This document shows, piece after piece, positions 10,980 to 21,964 of a DNA stretch of 64,000 bases; position 1 is the first letter of the stretch; each line of letters starts with the position of its first letter. This stretch comes from an uncultured delta proteobacterium (GTDB lineage: Bacteria; Desulfobacterota; Binatia; UBA9968). The stretch is from NCBI GenBank assembly GCA_963840855.1, contig CAWJBB010000087.1:64001-128000 (forward strand), given 5' to 3'. The translations under genes were made by a program, and so were the position numbers. The notes beneath the pieces were generated by a model. The model made no database searches and had not been told where the DNA came from. It was given only the letters and a program-made list of their open reading frames with translations.

Positions 10980-12091
10980 TTACAGATATTAATCGGACGG
11001 CCGAAGATCGAGGATGGAAGCCTGCCCTGAGCCGGCCGAAGGGATCGAAGATTGAAATGGGGCGATCCTCTATCATCAATCCTCGATCCGCATTTCTAAG
11101 TGACGCTTCGTTAAGGGTCTGGCAAGGATCAGAGCACGTGAGTTTTTTGCGCATTCAAAACCTCTGTAAAACCTTCGACCGCGTGGTCGCGGTTGATCGC
11201 ATCAATCTCGAGATCGCCGAAGGCGAATTTTTCACTCTGCTCGGCTCCAGCGGATGCGGCAAGACGACGACCCTGCGCATGGTCGGAGGCCTGGAAAAAC
11301 CCGACGGCGGCGAGATTCATTTGGGTGATCAATGCCTGGTTTCCGGCGAGAAGAATCTATTTATCAAACCGGAAAAGCGCAACATGGGCATGGTTTTTCA
11401 ATCCTACGCCTTGTGGCCGCACATGACCGTATTTGAAAATGTCGTTTATCCGCTGAAACTGCGCGGCATCAGGGGAAGCGCCGCGGAGAAAAAAGTCGCC
11501 GAAGTGCTTGAGCTGGTTGGGCTGGGAGGTCTGGAGGACCGGCCGGCGCCAGCATTGAGCGGCGGACAGCAACAGCGGGTAGCGCTCGCCCGGGCATTGG
11601 TATTCTCGCCGAAAGTGTTGTTGCTTGATGAACCGCTGAGCAATCTCGACGCGCAACTGCGCGAGGAGATGCGCCGGGAGTTAAAAGCGCTGCAGCAGCG
11701 TGTCAATGTCACGGTGATTTTCGTCACCCATGATCAAATCGAAGCGCTGAGTTTGTCCGATCGGATCGCCATCATGAAGTTCGGCGTCCTCGAACAGGTC
11801 GGCACGCCGGTAGAAGTTTACTATCATCCGGCGACCCCGTTCGTGCGCGATTTTCTAGGGAAAACGTTTTTGCTTCCGGGCAAGGTCCAAAGCGCCACCG
11901 ATCAACTGATCAACGTGGAGATTCTGCAGCATGCCGCTACTCCGCTCGTTATCCAACGCAGGAGTGCCTCTTTGTCCGACAACGGGTCTCTGGCCGTCGG
12001 TCAGTCCGTAATGGTCGCTATCCGCCCCGAGCAAGTCGAGTTGTGGGGGAGCTTGCCGGAGGGACGGGCCAACATGATTCAAGGGAATTTA
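10767..12091 (+). repeat. Diverged direct duplication, copy 2
   Basis: Matches 1..1325 at offset 10766. Confidence 0.95.
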
Positions 12092-12253
12092 CAGGCCGTC
12101 CACTTCCTGGGCGATCGTTACGAGTACACCGTCGCGCTCGGCTCCGAGACCCGCGTATTGGTTTCCCCCGCATCGCAGCAATTGAAAGCCGGCGAAAAAG
12201 TGTTTCTTGAACTCAAGTCCGAAGGCATTTCCCTCTGGCCGCACCAGGGTTGA
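11138..12253 (+). CDS. ABC transporter ATP-binding protein with C-terminal TOBE-like domain
   Basis: GSSGCGKT, LSGGQQQR, LLLDEP, VTHDQ; GTG start by analogy to 372; the ORF extension back to 10976 runs through repeat DNA. Confidence 0.9.
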   Translation: MSFLRIQNLCKTFDRVVAVDRINLEIAEGEFFTLLGSSGCGKTTTLRMVGGLEKPDGGEIHLGDQCLVSGEKNLFIKPEKRNMGMVFQSYALWPHMTVFENVVYPLKLRGIRGSAAEKKVAEVLELVGLGGLEDRPAPALSGGQQQRVALARALVFSPKVLLLDEPLSNLDAQLREEMRRELKALQQRVNVTVIFVTHDQIEALSLSDRIAIMKFGVLEQVGTPVEVYYHPATPFVRDFLGKTFLLPGKVQSATDQLINVEILQHAATPLVIQRRSASLSDNGSLAVGQSVMVAIRPEQVELWGSLPEGRANMIQGNLQAVHFLGDRYEYTVALGSETRVLVSPASQQLKAGEKVFLELKSEGISLWPHQG

Positions 12254-12468
12254 TCGCCGCCGCGGCGGATCTCGAATGGCAAATCTGATATCTCAGATTT
12301 AGCATGCAACCGCGTGATGAATTGCCCTCGACCATGACGTTACTGCGCCGTACGGTTCTTGTCGCATTCCTGATTCTTAAACCCTAGCGGGTTAGACGTG
12401 CTCGTTTCTCGTGCTCGAACTCTGACGAACACGAGCCACGAACACGAACAACGAATTGGGAGTAGAAT

Positions 12469-13695
12469 ATGATCAGCAAGGAAGATAACGAGCGGCTCAC
12501 CCAGGTTAGAGCCGGGACTCCCATGGGCGAGCTTTTGCGCCGCTACTGGCATCCCATCGCGGCGGTGTCGGAACTGGCGCGCCATCCGACCAAGTTCGTG
12601 AAAATCCTGGGCGAAGAACTCGTGTTGTTCAGAGACGCTCGAGGAAAGCTCGGCTTGATCGATGCTTACTGCGCGCACAGAAGAGCGAATTTGGTTTACG
12701 GCATCGCCGAGGAGGATGGTTTGCGCTGTCCCTACCATGGCTGGAAATATAACGGCGCGGGACGCTGCGTTGAGCAGCCGTTCGAGGAAACCGTTGATCG
12801 GGGTTTCAAAGACAAAATTCAATTGGCTAGTTACTCGGCCGAGGAGTTGGGCGGTCTGATCTTCGCTTATCTCGGGCCCAAGCCCGCGCCGCTGGTGCCG
12901 CGCTGGGATTTGTTAGTCGAGGAGGGGTCCTGGCGCGAAGTCGGAACCACGGTCACAGCCTGCAACTGGATGCAGACCGTCGAAAATATACTGGATCCGG
13001 TTCACGTCGAGTGGCTGCACGGCGTTTTTCGCAACTATGCGGCGGAACGCACGGGGAAACTTGAGATGCAGCGCAAACGCATTCGCCATCGGAAGGTCGC
13101 CTTCGATGTCGCCCGGTACGGCATCATCAAGCGGCGCTTGATCGAGGGCGAGACGGAGGACGCCGACGATTGGAAGATCGGCCACTGGCTGGTTTTCCCG
13201 TCCGCGCAGAAGGGCCCCGACATGTTGCGTTTTCGCGTGCCCATCGATGACGGCCACACGGCGCAGTGGTATTACTCGATTCATCCACTGGAGGAAGGAG
13301 AAACCCAAACCGCGGCGGAAATGCCGCTCTACGCCATGCCCTCGCCGGTGTTGAATGAGCATGGGCAGCCGCGCTTTGAATTCCTCGACAACGAGGTCGA
13401 TCCCCAGGACAACGCCATCTTCGCATCTCAGGGAATCGTTTATGATCGGACCAAGGAGCTATTGGGCGAGTCGGACCGGGGCATCGTGCTTTTCCGTCAC
13501 GTACTGGAGAATCAGATCAAACTCATGGAGTCGGGAAAAGATCCCATGAACGTTTTCCGCGAACCAGAGAAAAACATCCGTTTAGATTTGCCAACCGAAA
13601 GCCGAGAGAAGTTTCTGACGGGGCGTTTGGGCGCCAGAATACGTTACTCGGACCGCTTCAGGGCTCTGCAAAACCGAATTGGGCCGCTGGGATAA
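12469..13695 (+). CDS. Rieske oxygenase alpha subunit
   Basis: CAHR..CPYHGW; ENILDPVHVEWLH. Confidence 0.9.
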   Translation: MISKEDNERLTQVRAGTPMGELLRRYWHPIAAVSELARHPTKFVKILGEELVLFRDARGKLGLIDAYCAHRRANLVYGIAEEDGLRCPYHGWKYNGAGRCVEQPFEETVDRGFKDKIQLASYSAEELGGLIFAYLGPKPAPLVPRWDLLVEEGSWREVGTTVTACNWMQTVENILDPVHVEWLHGVFRNYAAERTGKLEMQRKRIRHRKVAFDVARYGIIKRRLIEGETEDADDWKIGHWLVFPSAQKGPDMLRFRVPIDDGHTAQWYYSIHPLEEGETQTAAEMPLYAMPSPVLNEHGQPRFEFLDNEVDPQDNAIFASQGIVYDRTKELLGESDRGIVLFRHVLENQIKLMESGKDPMNVFREPEKNIRLDLPTESREKFLTGRLGARIRYSDRFRALQNRIGPLG

Positions 13696-13705
13696 CGGAT
13701 TAACA

Positions 13706-13778
13706 GCCGTTCATGGTTCGAGAGCCTCACCACAAACGGTTGTGCCTTGACCGTTCACCCTGAGCTTGTCGAAGGGTT
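13706..13778. repeat. REP-like palindromic pair between convergent genes
   Basis: CCGTTCATGGTTCGAGAGCCTCACCACAAACGG and CCGTTCACCCTGAGCTTGTCGAAGGG. Confidence 0.75.
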
Positions 13779-13846
13779 CTTCGAAATTAAACGTCAATCA
13801 ACTGTTACGGGCGCCTAGTTTCAGTTCGCTCGCTTGCTGCGGAATT

Positions 13847-15231
13847 CTAAATGCGCAGCTGCTCGGTCAGCTCGCGCATAGTGGACAGCTGCTCGATGGA
13901 CATGACTTGATTCATCAACGCCTGCGCTTTTTCCTGACTTATCAGGCGCAGCGCGTTGTAGCGATATTTCTCTTGGACATCCGCACCGGACACCGGGTTT
14001 TCAACGTGGCCCGGGTGTATGTGCTGTCGTTCTTCGTAGACTTTGCCGTCTTTGGTCTTTAAGAAAACGTGGCCCGACGCGTATTTCGGCCGGCCGCTGT
14101 TCGGGTCGTCTTCCCGCCGGATTTTGGCTGAAAGTTTCAACACAGCGGGTTCTTTCAAGGCGTCCTCGTCGAAATCCGCCAATGCAAGCCGTCCTTTCAG
14201 CAACGCAACTGCGGCGATATAAGGGGTCGAAAAATGCGCGCCGTACTCGCCCTGGGGCGTTTGCTGGGCAAAAACTTGCTCGCCGCCGCTGCTGCGCGGG
14301 ACGATCTCCCATGCGCAGGCGGCACTCGACGTCGACGATATCATCGGCGTTAAAATGATAACGGTTGTGCAGGTTGACACACGCGCGCACCGTCGCTTGA
14401 AGCGCGCCGGCGCATGGATAGGGCTTGAATTCTGCCCGGTTCAGTTCCCAGTCGCGGCCGATACCGTCGAGCGCGGAGTGGACGTCAAAACTGTCCTCCC
14501 CTACGTGGGTCGCGTAGAAGCCTTTTGATCCCTCCAGTGCCGTCCGCGGCGCCGTGAAACCTTCGCGCGCCAGCAGTGCGCCGACGACCGCGCCATGGGA
14601 CGCCCAGCCGGGTTGAAATCGCTTCGACCAACTACCGTCCGACTGCCACTCCATGTTCCCCGATCCTTGACTTCCGGCCAGGCCGAAGGCGTTGGTCAGT
14701 TGCTCATGAGTCAATCCCAATAGCCGCCCCGCCGCCGCCGCGCCGCCGAACACCCCGCACACCGCCGTCGGATGATACCCCCGTCCGTGCATGGCGTGGA
14801 CGCGCGGCCCACGAGCGACGCGCAAGGACACTTCGAAGCCAACGGCGCAGGCGGTAATAAAATCTTTGCCGGATAATCCCAGCCATTCGGAAGTCGCCAA
14901 CGCCGCCGGCATCACAACTGAAGTGTTGTGAATCACCAGCGGATGATGCGTATCGTCGAAGTCAAAGGCATGAATGAGCATGCCATTGAGTAGGGGCGCA
15001 CTTGTGACCGGGAGCTTTTCCTTAACGCCAACCACCGTTGCGTCGGCGCTCTGCCCCAGGGCGCGCAGCGCTTTCAACGTCTTGCCGGCAAAGTCCTCGC
15101 GCGCCGCGGCCAGAGCCAAGCCGACGCCATCCAAGATCAGCAACTTGGCTTTTTCCAATACGCTATGCGGAAGCGAATCGATCGTTTGTTCCAAGGCAAA
15201 TTCGGCAAGCGACTTCGGTGCAGGTTGCCAT
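13847..15231 (-). CDS. MmgE/PrpD family protein (frameshifts near 15200 and 14320)
   Basis: NGMLIHAFDFDDTH, GYHPT, FKPYPC, C-terminal PGHVENP. Confidence 0.85.
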
Positions 15232-15259
15232 GCTTTAGATCCTCTGCTGTCGGCAATAG

Positions 15260-16411
15260 TTACTTGAGCCCGTATAGTTTCGCCGCATTATCGTGGGTGA
15301 CCTTGCGCCGGACCCTTTCGGACACCCCCCGCAATTCCTGTTCGATGAAGCGCATCGAATCCGGCCAGGTCCCATCCGGATGGGGGTAGTCGGAGCCCCA
15401 CATTACGTTGTCTTCGCCCAGAAGATCCAAGAGGCGCGCACCGACGGCGTCACGTTCGTAGGTGACAAAACCGTTAAGGCGAAAATAATCGCTTGGTTTC
15501 AGCCGCAATCGCAGATGGAAAGATTCCTCTTCCTCATATTCGTAGTCCATGCGCTGCAGGAAATATGGAATCCAGCCGATGCTCGATTCGCCGAGCACGA
15601 ATCTGAATCCCGGATAGCGATCAAAAGCTCCGGAGTAAATGATCGAGGCGAGAAATTGCGCGGAGCCGAAGCGAGACACGGCCTGGCGCACGGCGTTCCT
15701 TACTGTTACATTTTCGTCGTAATGCGAATCGGACGGATTGACGGCGCGGACGTCTTGTCCCTGATTGTGAAACGATATCGGGATGCCGGTATCATCCGCT
15801 GCTTCCCAGACCACATCCCAGTCGCGGTCCCAAATCGGCCGCACGGAATCCGACGCAATCAACTCCGCTCCCGTAAGCCCGAGCTTGGCGATGCGCCGCA
15901 GCTCTTCAGCGCCGGCTTTAGGGTCATGGTTGGGCAGACACGCCAGAGGAGCGAAACGGTCAGGATTAAACTTGCGAAACTGCATGGCGAAATCGTTGTA
16001 GATACGAAAGATCATGCCCATGGCCTCGCCGTCCTGGATCCTGCGGCTCAGTCCCAAAATGCCGTAGATGACCTCGGCTCCGACTCCATCCCGTTCCTGA
16101 TCTTTGATTCTGTGCTCCGGCGACGCCGGCCTGAATACCCCGTTTACGGCATCCGAGTACAGGCCGGTGCGCGCTTTTCTGCGCAGGCGGACCGACATCG
16201 TGACCCGATCGTGTCGCACGTTTTCTCTACCAAGTCCGACATCGCCGACGTAGCGAATGATCTTGCCTTTGTGAACCCAGGCGCGGCCGCTATCCGTGTT
16301 TTCAACTCTGGGCATTCGCTCTTTCCACGACGCCGGCGCCTCGGACACAAAAAGATCGCCGGGTAAATACCAAAAATCCAAATGACAATCAGCGGAAATA
16401 ATCTCTGACAT
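15260..16411 (-). CDS. Amidohydrolase_2 family metal-dependent hydrolase/decarboxylase
   Basis: IISADCH, SFH, GAFDRYP, MWGSDYPHPD. Confidence 0.9.
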   Translation of the reverse strand: MSEIISADCHLDFWYLPGDLFVSEAPASWKERMPRVENTDSGRAWVHKGKIIRYVGDVGLGRENVRHDRVTMSVRLRRKARTGLYSDAVNGVFRPASPEHRIKDQERDGVGAEVIYGILGLSRRIQDGEAMGMIFRIYNDFAMQFRKFNPDRFAPLACLPNHDPKAGAEELRRIAKLGLTGAELIASDSVRPIWDRDWDVVWEAADDTGIPISFHNQGQDVRAVNPSDSHYDENVTVRNAVRQAVSRFGSAQFLASIIYSGAFDRYPGFRFVLGESSIGWIPYFLQRMDYEYEEEESFHLRLRLKPSDYFRLNGFVTYERDAVGARLLDLLGEDNVMWGSDYPHPDGTWPDSMRFIEQELRGVSERVRRKVTHDNAAKLYGLK

Positions 16412-16657
16412 CCGAATCCCTCACTTTCGTTGGCAAAATAAACCTCCTCGGAGCAAAGCTCCGAGTATCTTTGCGAAATTCTCCGAAGCCTTCCACCCTC
16501 CTTCGCCAAGGCTACGAGGGTTCTCCTCACCTTCATCCTCGCAGCAAGCTACGAGGTATTCGGCGAAGGAGAATAAATCTTCGCAGCTTCATTTGATCAA
16601 GAGTTTGTTTCTCGAAACTATTACAGCGCCGCTTGCGCCGTCAAGGCTGCGGGTGGA

Positions 16658-17701
16658 TCAACTTCCGGTTCGGACATCCACCTCATCTTCTTTAACCTCG
16701 AAGGCGGTACCGAACTGGGCGGAAACCTGGCGCACATGGTTCAGCAGCGCCGGGGCCTCGGCGGGCTTCAACGGCATGGGCTGATTCTGCTCGTTGATGC
16801 AGCCGGGAACGAAACAAACTTCATTGATTTTGCCGCTTCGTATACGGCAGCGCGCCAGGATGGTGTCTTGTTTTTTGCCCCAGAACGACGGTCCATCGTG
16901 AACGAAGTTGGCGAGGGAATAAAAGATGACTTTTCCTTTATAAACTTCGATGGGCTGCACGAGGTGAGGATGATGGCCGACGACGAGATCGGCGCCGGCG
17001 TCCACGGCAGCGTGGGCCATTTCCGTTTGGTAGCCCACCAGCTCGCCTTTCCCACCGCTATACGGGGAGATTCCCCAGTGCCATGAAACAACCACTACAT
17101 CCGCCCGTTCTTTCGCCGCCGCGATATCCGCGCGCAATGCCTCGACGTCGGCGGTATTGGGAATCGTGTGAACAATGGGCGGCGCCCCCGGCACTTCTTT
17201 CGGTAAAAGCGGAGGCGCCTCGTAGGCGGTGGCAACCCGGACCACCGCGAGGCCTGCCCGTTGCGCGGCCGCGCTGGCGTCTATGGTGCAAACCGAAGTA
17301 CGGCAAACGAAGGCAACCTTGATTCCTTTTCGCTCCACCACGGTAGGACGTCGCGCTTCTTGTAGATTTTTTCCCCCTCCCCCGTAGGCAATCCCGGCTT
17401 TCTCCAGCACCTCGATAGTGCGCAGCAGTCCCTTCACGCCCCGGTACATACTCGGATTGTTAGCGAGATTCATTACATGAAACCCCGCATTCACATACGC
17501 GCCAATCATCCACTCGTCGGTCCGGGGTCCGTGTCCGGCGCCGTCGAGATGTTCGAGATCGGCAACCACCGTCTCGAGATTGCCGAAGGCGATGTCCGCA
17601 GCTCTCAGATATTTTCCCGCATAGGCGAAAGTCGAGTCCGGATCGGGACGTTGAACGTAGACGTCGCCGACCAAAATCAGTTCAACCGTTTCTTCACTCA
17701 T
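16658..17701 (-). CDS. CapA/PgsA-like metallophosphatase-fold protein
   Basis: GDV, NLET, LANN, VVSWHWG, GHHPH, YSLANF. Confidence 0.85.
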   Translation of the reverse strand: MSEETVELILVGDVYVQRPDPDSTFAYAGKYLRAADIAFGNLETVVADLEHLDGAGHGPRTDEWMIGAYVNAGFHVMNLANNPSMYRGVKGLLRTIEVLEKAGIAYGGGGKNLQEARRPTVVERKGIKVAFVCRTSVCTIDASAAAQRAGLAVVRVATAYEAPPLLPKEVPGAPPIVHTIPNTADVEALRADIAAAKERADVVVVSWHWGISPYSGGKGELVGYQTEMAHAAVDAGADLVVGHHPHLVQPIEVYKGKVIFYSLANFVHDGPSFWGKKQDTILARCRIRSGKINEVCFVPGCINEQNQPMPLKPAEAPALLNHVRQVSAQFGTAFEVKEDEVDVRTGS

Positions 17702-17796
17702 GAAAACTCCTTTTTAATTCTAGCGATTAGGCGACCTCGCATCATTCATCGGCGCACGCCTGGAACATGAACGCTTGCGCCGAACAAATGACCAGT

Positions 17797-18858
17797 TCAA
17801 TTTTTTGCCTTGGGAAAGCCCCAGATTTCCATCACCTGTCGTTCGTATTTTTCTTCTTCGGTTAGCATCTCCCAGGACTCCACTTTGATGTCGCGCATCA
17901 TGCGCTTCGCCAGGCCGCCCAGCTCCGAGCCCGGATGAAAAACACTCTCACGTCCAGTGCGCATCAAGGTCACCCCTTTGCTCGCCACCCAACCGGTCAA
18001 CAGCAGAGCGGCGTTGGGATTGGCGGCGCCCTTGATGGGCGCTATGGGAACATCACGGTTTGCCACAATCGGCCCCTCCGGGAACACCGCTCCCAGCGGA
18101 ACTCCCGGCTGGTCCTTCACATATCGATAGAATGAGCCGTGCCCCGCCGGACACACCAGCAGCATCTCGCCCGTGGCAACGAGCGTCTGCGAGTTGGTGT
18201 TGCCGCTCACCCAGCGCGGGTTATTGGCCAGGAGCTTCTTGGCGAAATCGAGCGCCCATTTCTCGCCGAAGGCGCTCCAAAGAGCCACGATGTGACTGGC
18301 GTCCACGAGGGTCACCAGCTTGCCTTTAAAGTAGGGATCATAACAGTCCGACCAAGTCTTCGGCACGCGCTCTTTGGGCACGAGATTCTTGTTGTAGACA
18401 ATCACTATCGGGTTAGTGACCACCGAGACAGCGAAGCCGTCGGGGTGAATCATTCTCGGATCGATGGCGAAGAGGCCGCGCCAATCGATGGCGTCGAAGA
18501 AGTGACCCAATTGTTTATGCTGGGCGATCAGGTTGGGGCGCACCATCATGGCATCGTAGGGAAAGTTGCCTGCTTGCATCTCCAGCATCAAGCGCTCGTG
18601 CGGCGGCCTGAGACGAGTGTACTCGACCTTGATAAACGGAAATTCTTTTTGAAAGGCCTGGTTGATTTCTCCAACCTCTTTTTCATCCAGATAGGTGCCC
18701 CAGGAAACCTTGCCTTCCTTTTTGGCGCCCGCGACAATCGAGCTCATGGTGATCGGCTTGCCAAGCTCGGCAGCAGGCGAGACGGCGCTCAAAATGCTCA
18801 GGTTAACGAGCAACCATCCCAAGGCAGTGATGATTGTCAGCCGGTTGCGCGGGTTCAT
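17797..18858 (-). CDS. ABC extracellular solute-binding protein
   Basis: Signal-like N-terminus, GAKKEGKV, IVYNKNLV, ANPNAALL; close paralog of 21965..23023. Confidence 0.85.
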   Translation of the reverse strand: MNPRNRLTIITALGWLLVNLSILSAVSPAAELGKPITMSSIVAGAKKEGKVSWGTYLDEKEVGEINQAFQKEFPFIKVEYTRLRPPHERLMLEMQAGNFPYDAMMVRPNLIAQHKQLGHFFDAIDWRGLFAIDPRMIHPDGFAVSVVTNPIVIVYNKNLVPKERVPKTWSDCYDPYFKGKLVTLVDASHIVALWSAFGEKWALDFAKKLLANNPRWVSGNTNSQTLVATGEMLLVCPAGHGSFYRYVKDQPGVPLGAVFPEGPIVANRDVPIAPIKGAANPNAALLLTGWVASKGVTLMRTGRESVFHPGSELGGLAKRMMRDIKVESWEMLTEEEKYERQVMEIWGFPKAKN

Positions 18859-18892
18859 CTTTAGCCTCCTCAATGTTCGATGACGGCTCTCT

Positions 18893-20062
18893 TTACGCCG
18901 GGTCGAGATGAAAAAACTCCACCGCATTATCCGCCAGCATCAGCTGCTTCTCGTGCTCAGGCACATCCTTGAAGCTGACCTCGATGGTGCGCCGCGAATT
19001 CGGCCAGTCCGTTTCGGTGTGAGGGAAATCCGAAGACCACATGACGTGGTCGACCCCGATCATGTGACGCATTTTGACGCCCACGGGGTTATACTGAAAG
19101 CCCCAGTAGCAATACTCACGAACGTACTCACTGGGGAGCCGGGCCAGCGGTTTCAAGCCGAGCAACTCCACCGCCCATTTGTGATTCCGTTCATAGATGC
19201 TGTCAGCCTGTTCGAGCCAGTGGGGAATCCAACCGATTTGATTTTCGGCGAAATAGATCTTCAACCGGGGGAAGCGATCGAAAACTCCCGCGACCACCAG
19301 ACGGATAGCGTCGCGGGCGCCCCTTTGAGTGTAATAGTTGGCGTATCGACCGACGATATCGCGTCCCGCGCTGTAGACTTCTTGCTCGAACTTGCGAGCG
19401 TATTGGAACCACGGCCCGCCGTAGCGCTCGGCGCCGCCGAACTGGAACATCACGTGGACGCTGACCGGTACATTCAGGTCGACCGCTGCCCGCCAAAATT
19501 CGTCATCGGCGTCGCTGGGATACATGCGTCCGGCCGGAAAAGCGTTTAGCACAATGCCTTTGAGACCGATGCGTAAACAATGCTCCAGCTCGGCGATGGC
19601 GTCTTTCACGCCGGTCTCAGGGATCAGACCGAGGCCGATCAACCGATCCGGCGCCACCGAGCAGTACTCCTCGCCGAGCCAATCGTTGTAAGCCCGCACC
19701 ACCGCTTTGTAAGCTCGGTCGTCCTTTATGCCGCGCCAAAAGTTCGGACCCTGGCTGCCCGGATACAGCACCTCCGCCTCGACGCCGTCGATATCCTGTT
19801 CGCGCAGTCTCTGCTCAGGTGAGCCGGATCCTGGATTTTCGCCGAATCGGCCGCCGAATGGATACACGCGCCACTCGCCAGTCACACGAACCGGTTCGAT
19901 CATGATGCCTCGTCCCTCCACTACGTGAGCATCGCCGCCGCCGGGCAACCGCAAGCGACGGGGCGCGCGCTCTCGATATTCTTGCGGCACACGATGAATC
20001 CACCGATCGGTAGAGACTTCCAAATGAGAATCAGCAGAAATCACTTGATAGCGTTTGCCCAT
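18893..20062 (-). CDS. Amidohydrolase_2 family protein
   Basis: VISADSH, SVH, GVFDRFP, MWSSDFPH. Confidence 0.9.
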   Translation of the reverse strand: MGKRYQVISADSHLEVSTDRWIHRVPQEYRERAPRRLRLPGGGDAHVVEGRGIMIEPVRVTGEWRVYPFGGRFGENPGSGSPEQRLREQDIDGVEAEVLYPGSQGPNFWRGIKDDRAYKAVVRAYNDWLGEEYCSVAPDRLIGLGLIPETGVKDAIAELEHCLRIGLKGIVLNAFPAGRMYPSDADDEFWRAAVDLNVPVSVHVMFQFGGAERYGGPWFQYARKFEQEVYSAGRDIVGRYANYYTQRGARDAIRLVVAGVFDRFPRLKIYFAENQIGWIPHWLEQADSIYERNHKWAVELLGLKPLARLPSEYVREYCYWGFQYNPVGVKMRHMIGVDHVMWSSDFPHTETDWPNSRRTIEVSFKDVPEHEKQLMLADNAVEFFHLDPA

Positions 20063-20118
20063 GTCAGCTCTCCTTTTACATTGCAATGGCGGTCAAAACA
20101 CGGCAGCAGGATAAACCT

Positions 20119-21888
20119 CTACTTGCTTCCTAGCGACCCGCGCGCAATGACCTGCCGCGCTGCGATCGCTAGTAGCGCCGTTATCGTAATCAAGATAACC
20201 CCTAACGCGGCGGCCATGGGAATATGTCCGTTCTGCCAGTGAATCCATATCCACACAGAAAGAACCTCGTTTTTCTTCGTTCCTAACACAAGTGGGAGTG
20301 AAAACGCTCTGAGCGAGTGGGCGACTACCCAGATCCATCCCGCTACCAGCGAGGGAATCAGCAATGGAATCGTGATCTTCCATAGAGTTGTTAAACGAGC
20401 CAGCGCCGCTGGCCGCCCCGGCTTCCTCCAATTCGGTGTGAATCTGCATGAGACCACCGTTCGTCGTGCGCGTCGCAAAAGCCAGATATTCCGTCATCAA
20501 ACCCAAAATGATCATCCACATCGAGCCGTAAATACCCAAATAACGGAATGGCGGCTTGAGATAAACAAAAATCAGCGCCAGCGCTAAGACGACACCCGGA
20601 ACGGCGAACGAGATGAATGTCAGACCATCGAGAATAAACCTGGCGCGGCTTTTTCCGCGCACGACGACCCACGAAATAAGCAACGCAACGGCCATGGTCG
20701 CTGTTCCAGCGCCGAGAGCCAGATAGATTGTATTGAGAAAATCAGTCATGAACCTGGGGTCGCTGAGAATCGCGGCATAGTGTTTGAATGAAACCATGCC
20801 AAAGGCCTGCAGCGATGGCGCCATATAGTAAGGAAGAAGAGAAGCCCACGCCAACACGAGAACAGGCGCCGCAACCGTCAATAGGAAGTAAACGCCGAAC
20901 AGCCCCAGGGCGACAAAACGCCACTTCCCCAGAGGATACCTGCTGGGGTTAAACCCCCGTCCGCGGATCACCGCGAAACGCTCCGAACGTCTGATCAAGC
21001 GCGCGTAAAAAATTGCCATGATTCCGACAATGCCCATGAACAGAACGGCATAAGCAGCGCTCAGTCCATAATCGCCGGGCACAGAGAGCATCGCTTGGAA
21101 ATAGATTAACGTGGCGAGAACGAAAATCCCCGCGGGTAGGCCCACAGCGAGCGGCGCTTCGAAAGAGTCGAGATGGGAGACGAAGGAATAGGTGGCGGCG
21201 GCGAAAAGCGCTGGAGCAAGCAGGGGCAAGGTTATCTTGAAGAAAACGACCCAGGGCGGTGCGCCCGAAATTCGCGCCGATTCTTCCAGTCCGGGATCCA
21301 TGAGCCGGAAAAGCCCCACGATCATGAGAAAAGCCGTGCTCACGCCGCGCAGCGCGCCGAGATAGATGAGCCCGCCCAGAGATTGGATATTCAGCGGTCC
21401 CTCTTCAAGGTTCCAACCGAACGGGGCTAAAGCGGCGCGGGCGACAACGTTCATCAATCCGGTATTGGGCAGCAGTAAGAGCATCCACGCCAGCGCAAAA
21501 AGAACGCCCGGAATTACCAGCGGCAACAAGACCGCGACCCAAGCGGCGCTGCGAAAAGGCATGTCGGTGCGCTCAATGAGCCACGCAAACACAATGGCGA
21601 GGGCAATCGCGGCGGCGGTCGCTCCCGTGGAGACGATAAAGGTGTTGAGCAGGCTTCGAAAGAAAAATTCACTGCTGAACGCCACCGCGAAATTTCTGAT
21701 GGTCCAGGGACCGGGAAGACTGGGGGGGCCGGTGCGAAAGCTGCTTGCGATTAGCATGACGACCGGCACCACCAGCAACCACAATACTACGACGATGACC
21801 AAAGCCAGAAGCAACTGGCTCAGGTTGAACTTTGAAAAGTGGTTTACGAGCCGCGCCGTCTGCTGTAATAATTAATGCGGTGTCGCAT
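20119..21888 (-). CDS. ABC transporter permease, FbpB-like (frameshift near 20400; start uncertain)
   Basis: TM segments, EAA loops LEESARISGA and LEEAGAASGA; C-terminus lies in ORF 20119..20478. Confidence 0.8.
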
Positions 21889-21964
21889 GGACTCATTCAG
21901 AGGCCATCGTCGGAATGCCGGAATCCATCCGGTGAGAGCGCGGACCTTCATCGACGGGCTTTTC

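Noticed and set aside
10976-11137. N-terminal extension of the ABC ATPase
   Set aside because: It runs through intergenic repeats and is not open in the duplicate copy, whose ORF starts at 372
15293-16366. Long antisense ORFs (also 5553..6569, 26969..28069, 28831..29772, 29636..30661, 30723..31619)
   Set aside because: Shadows of well-supported genes on the opposite strand in GC-rich DNA, with no recognisable motifs
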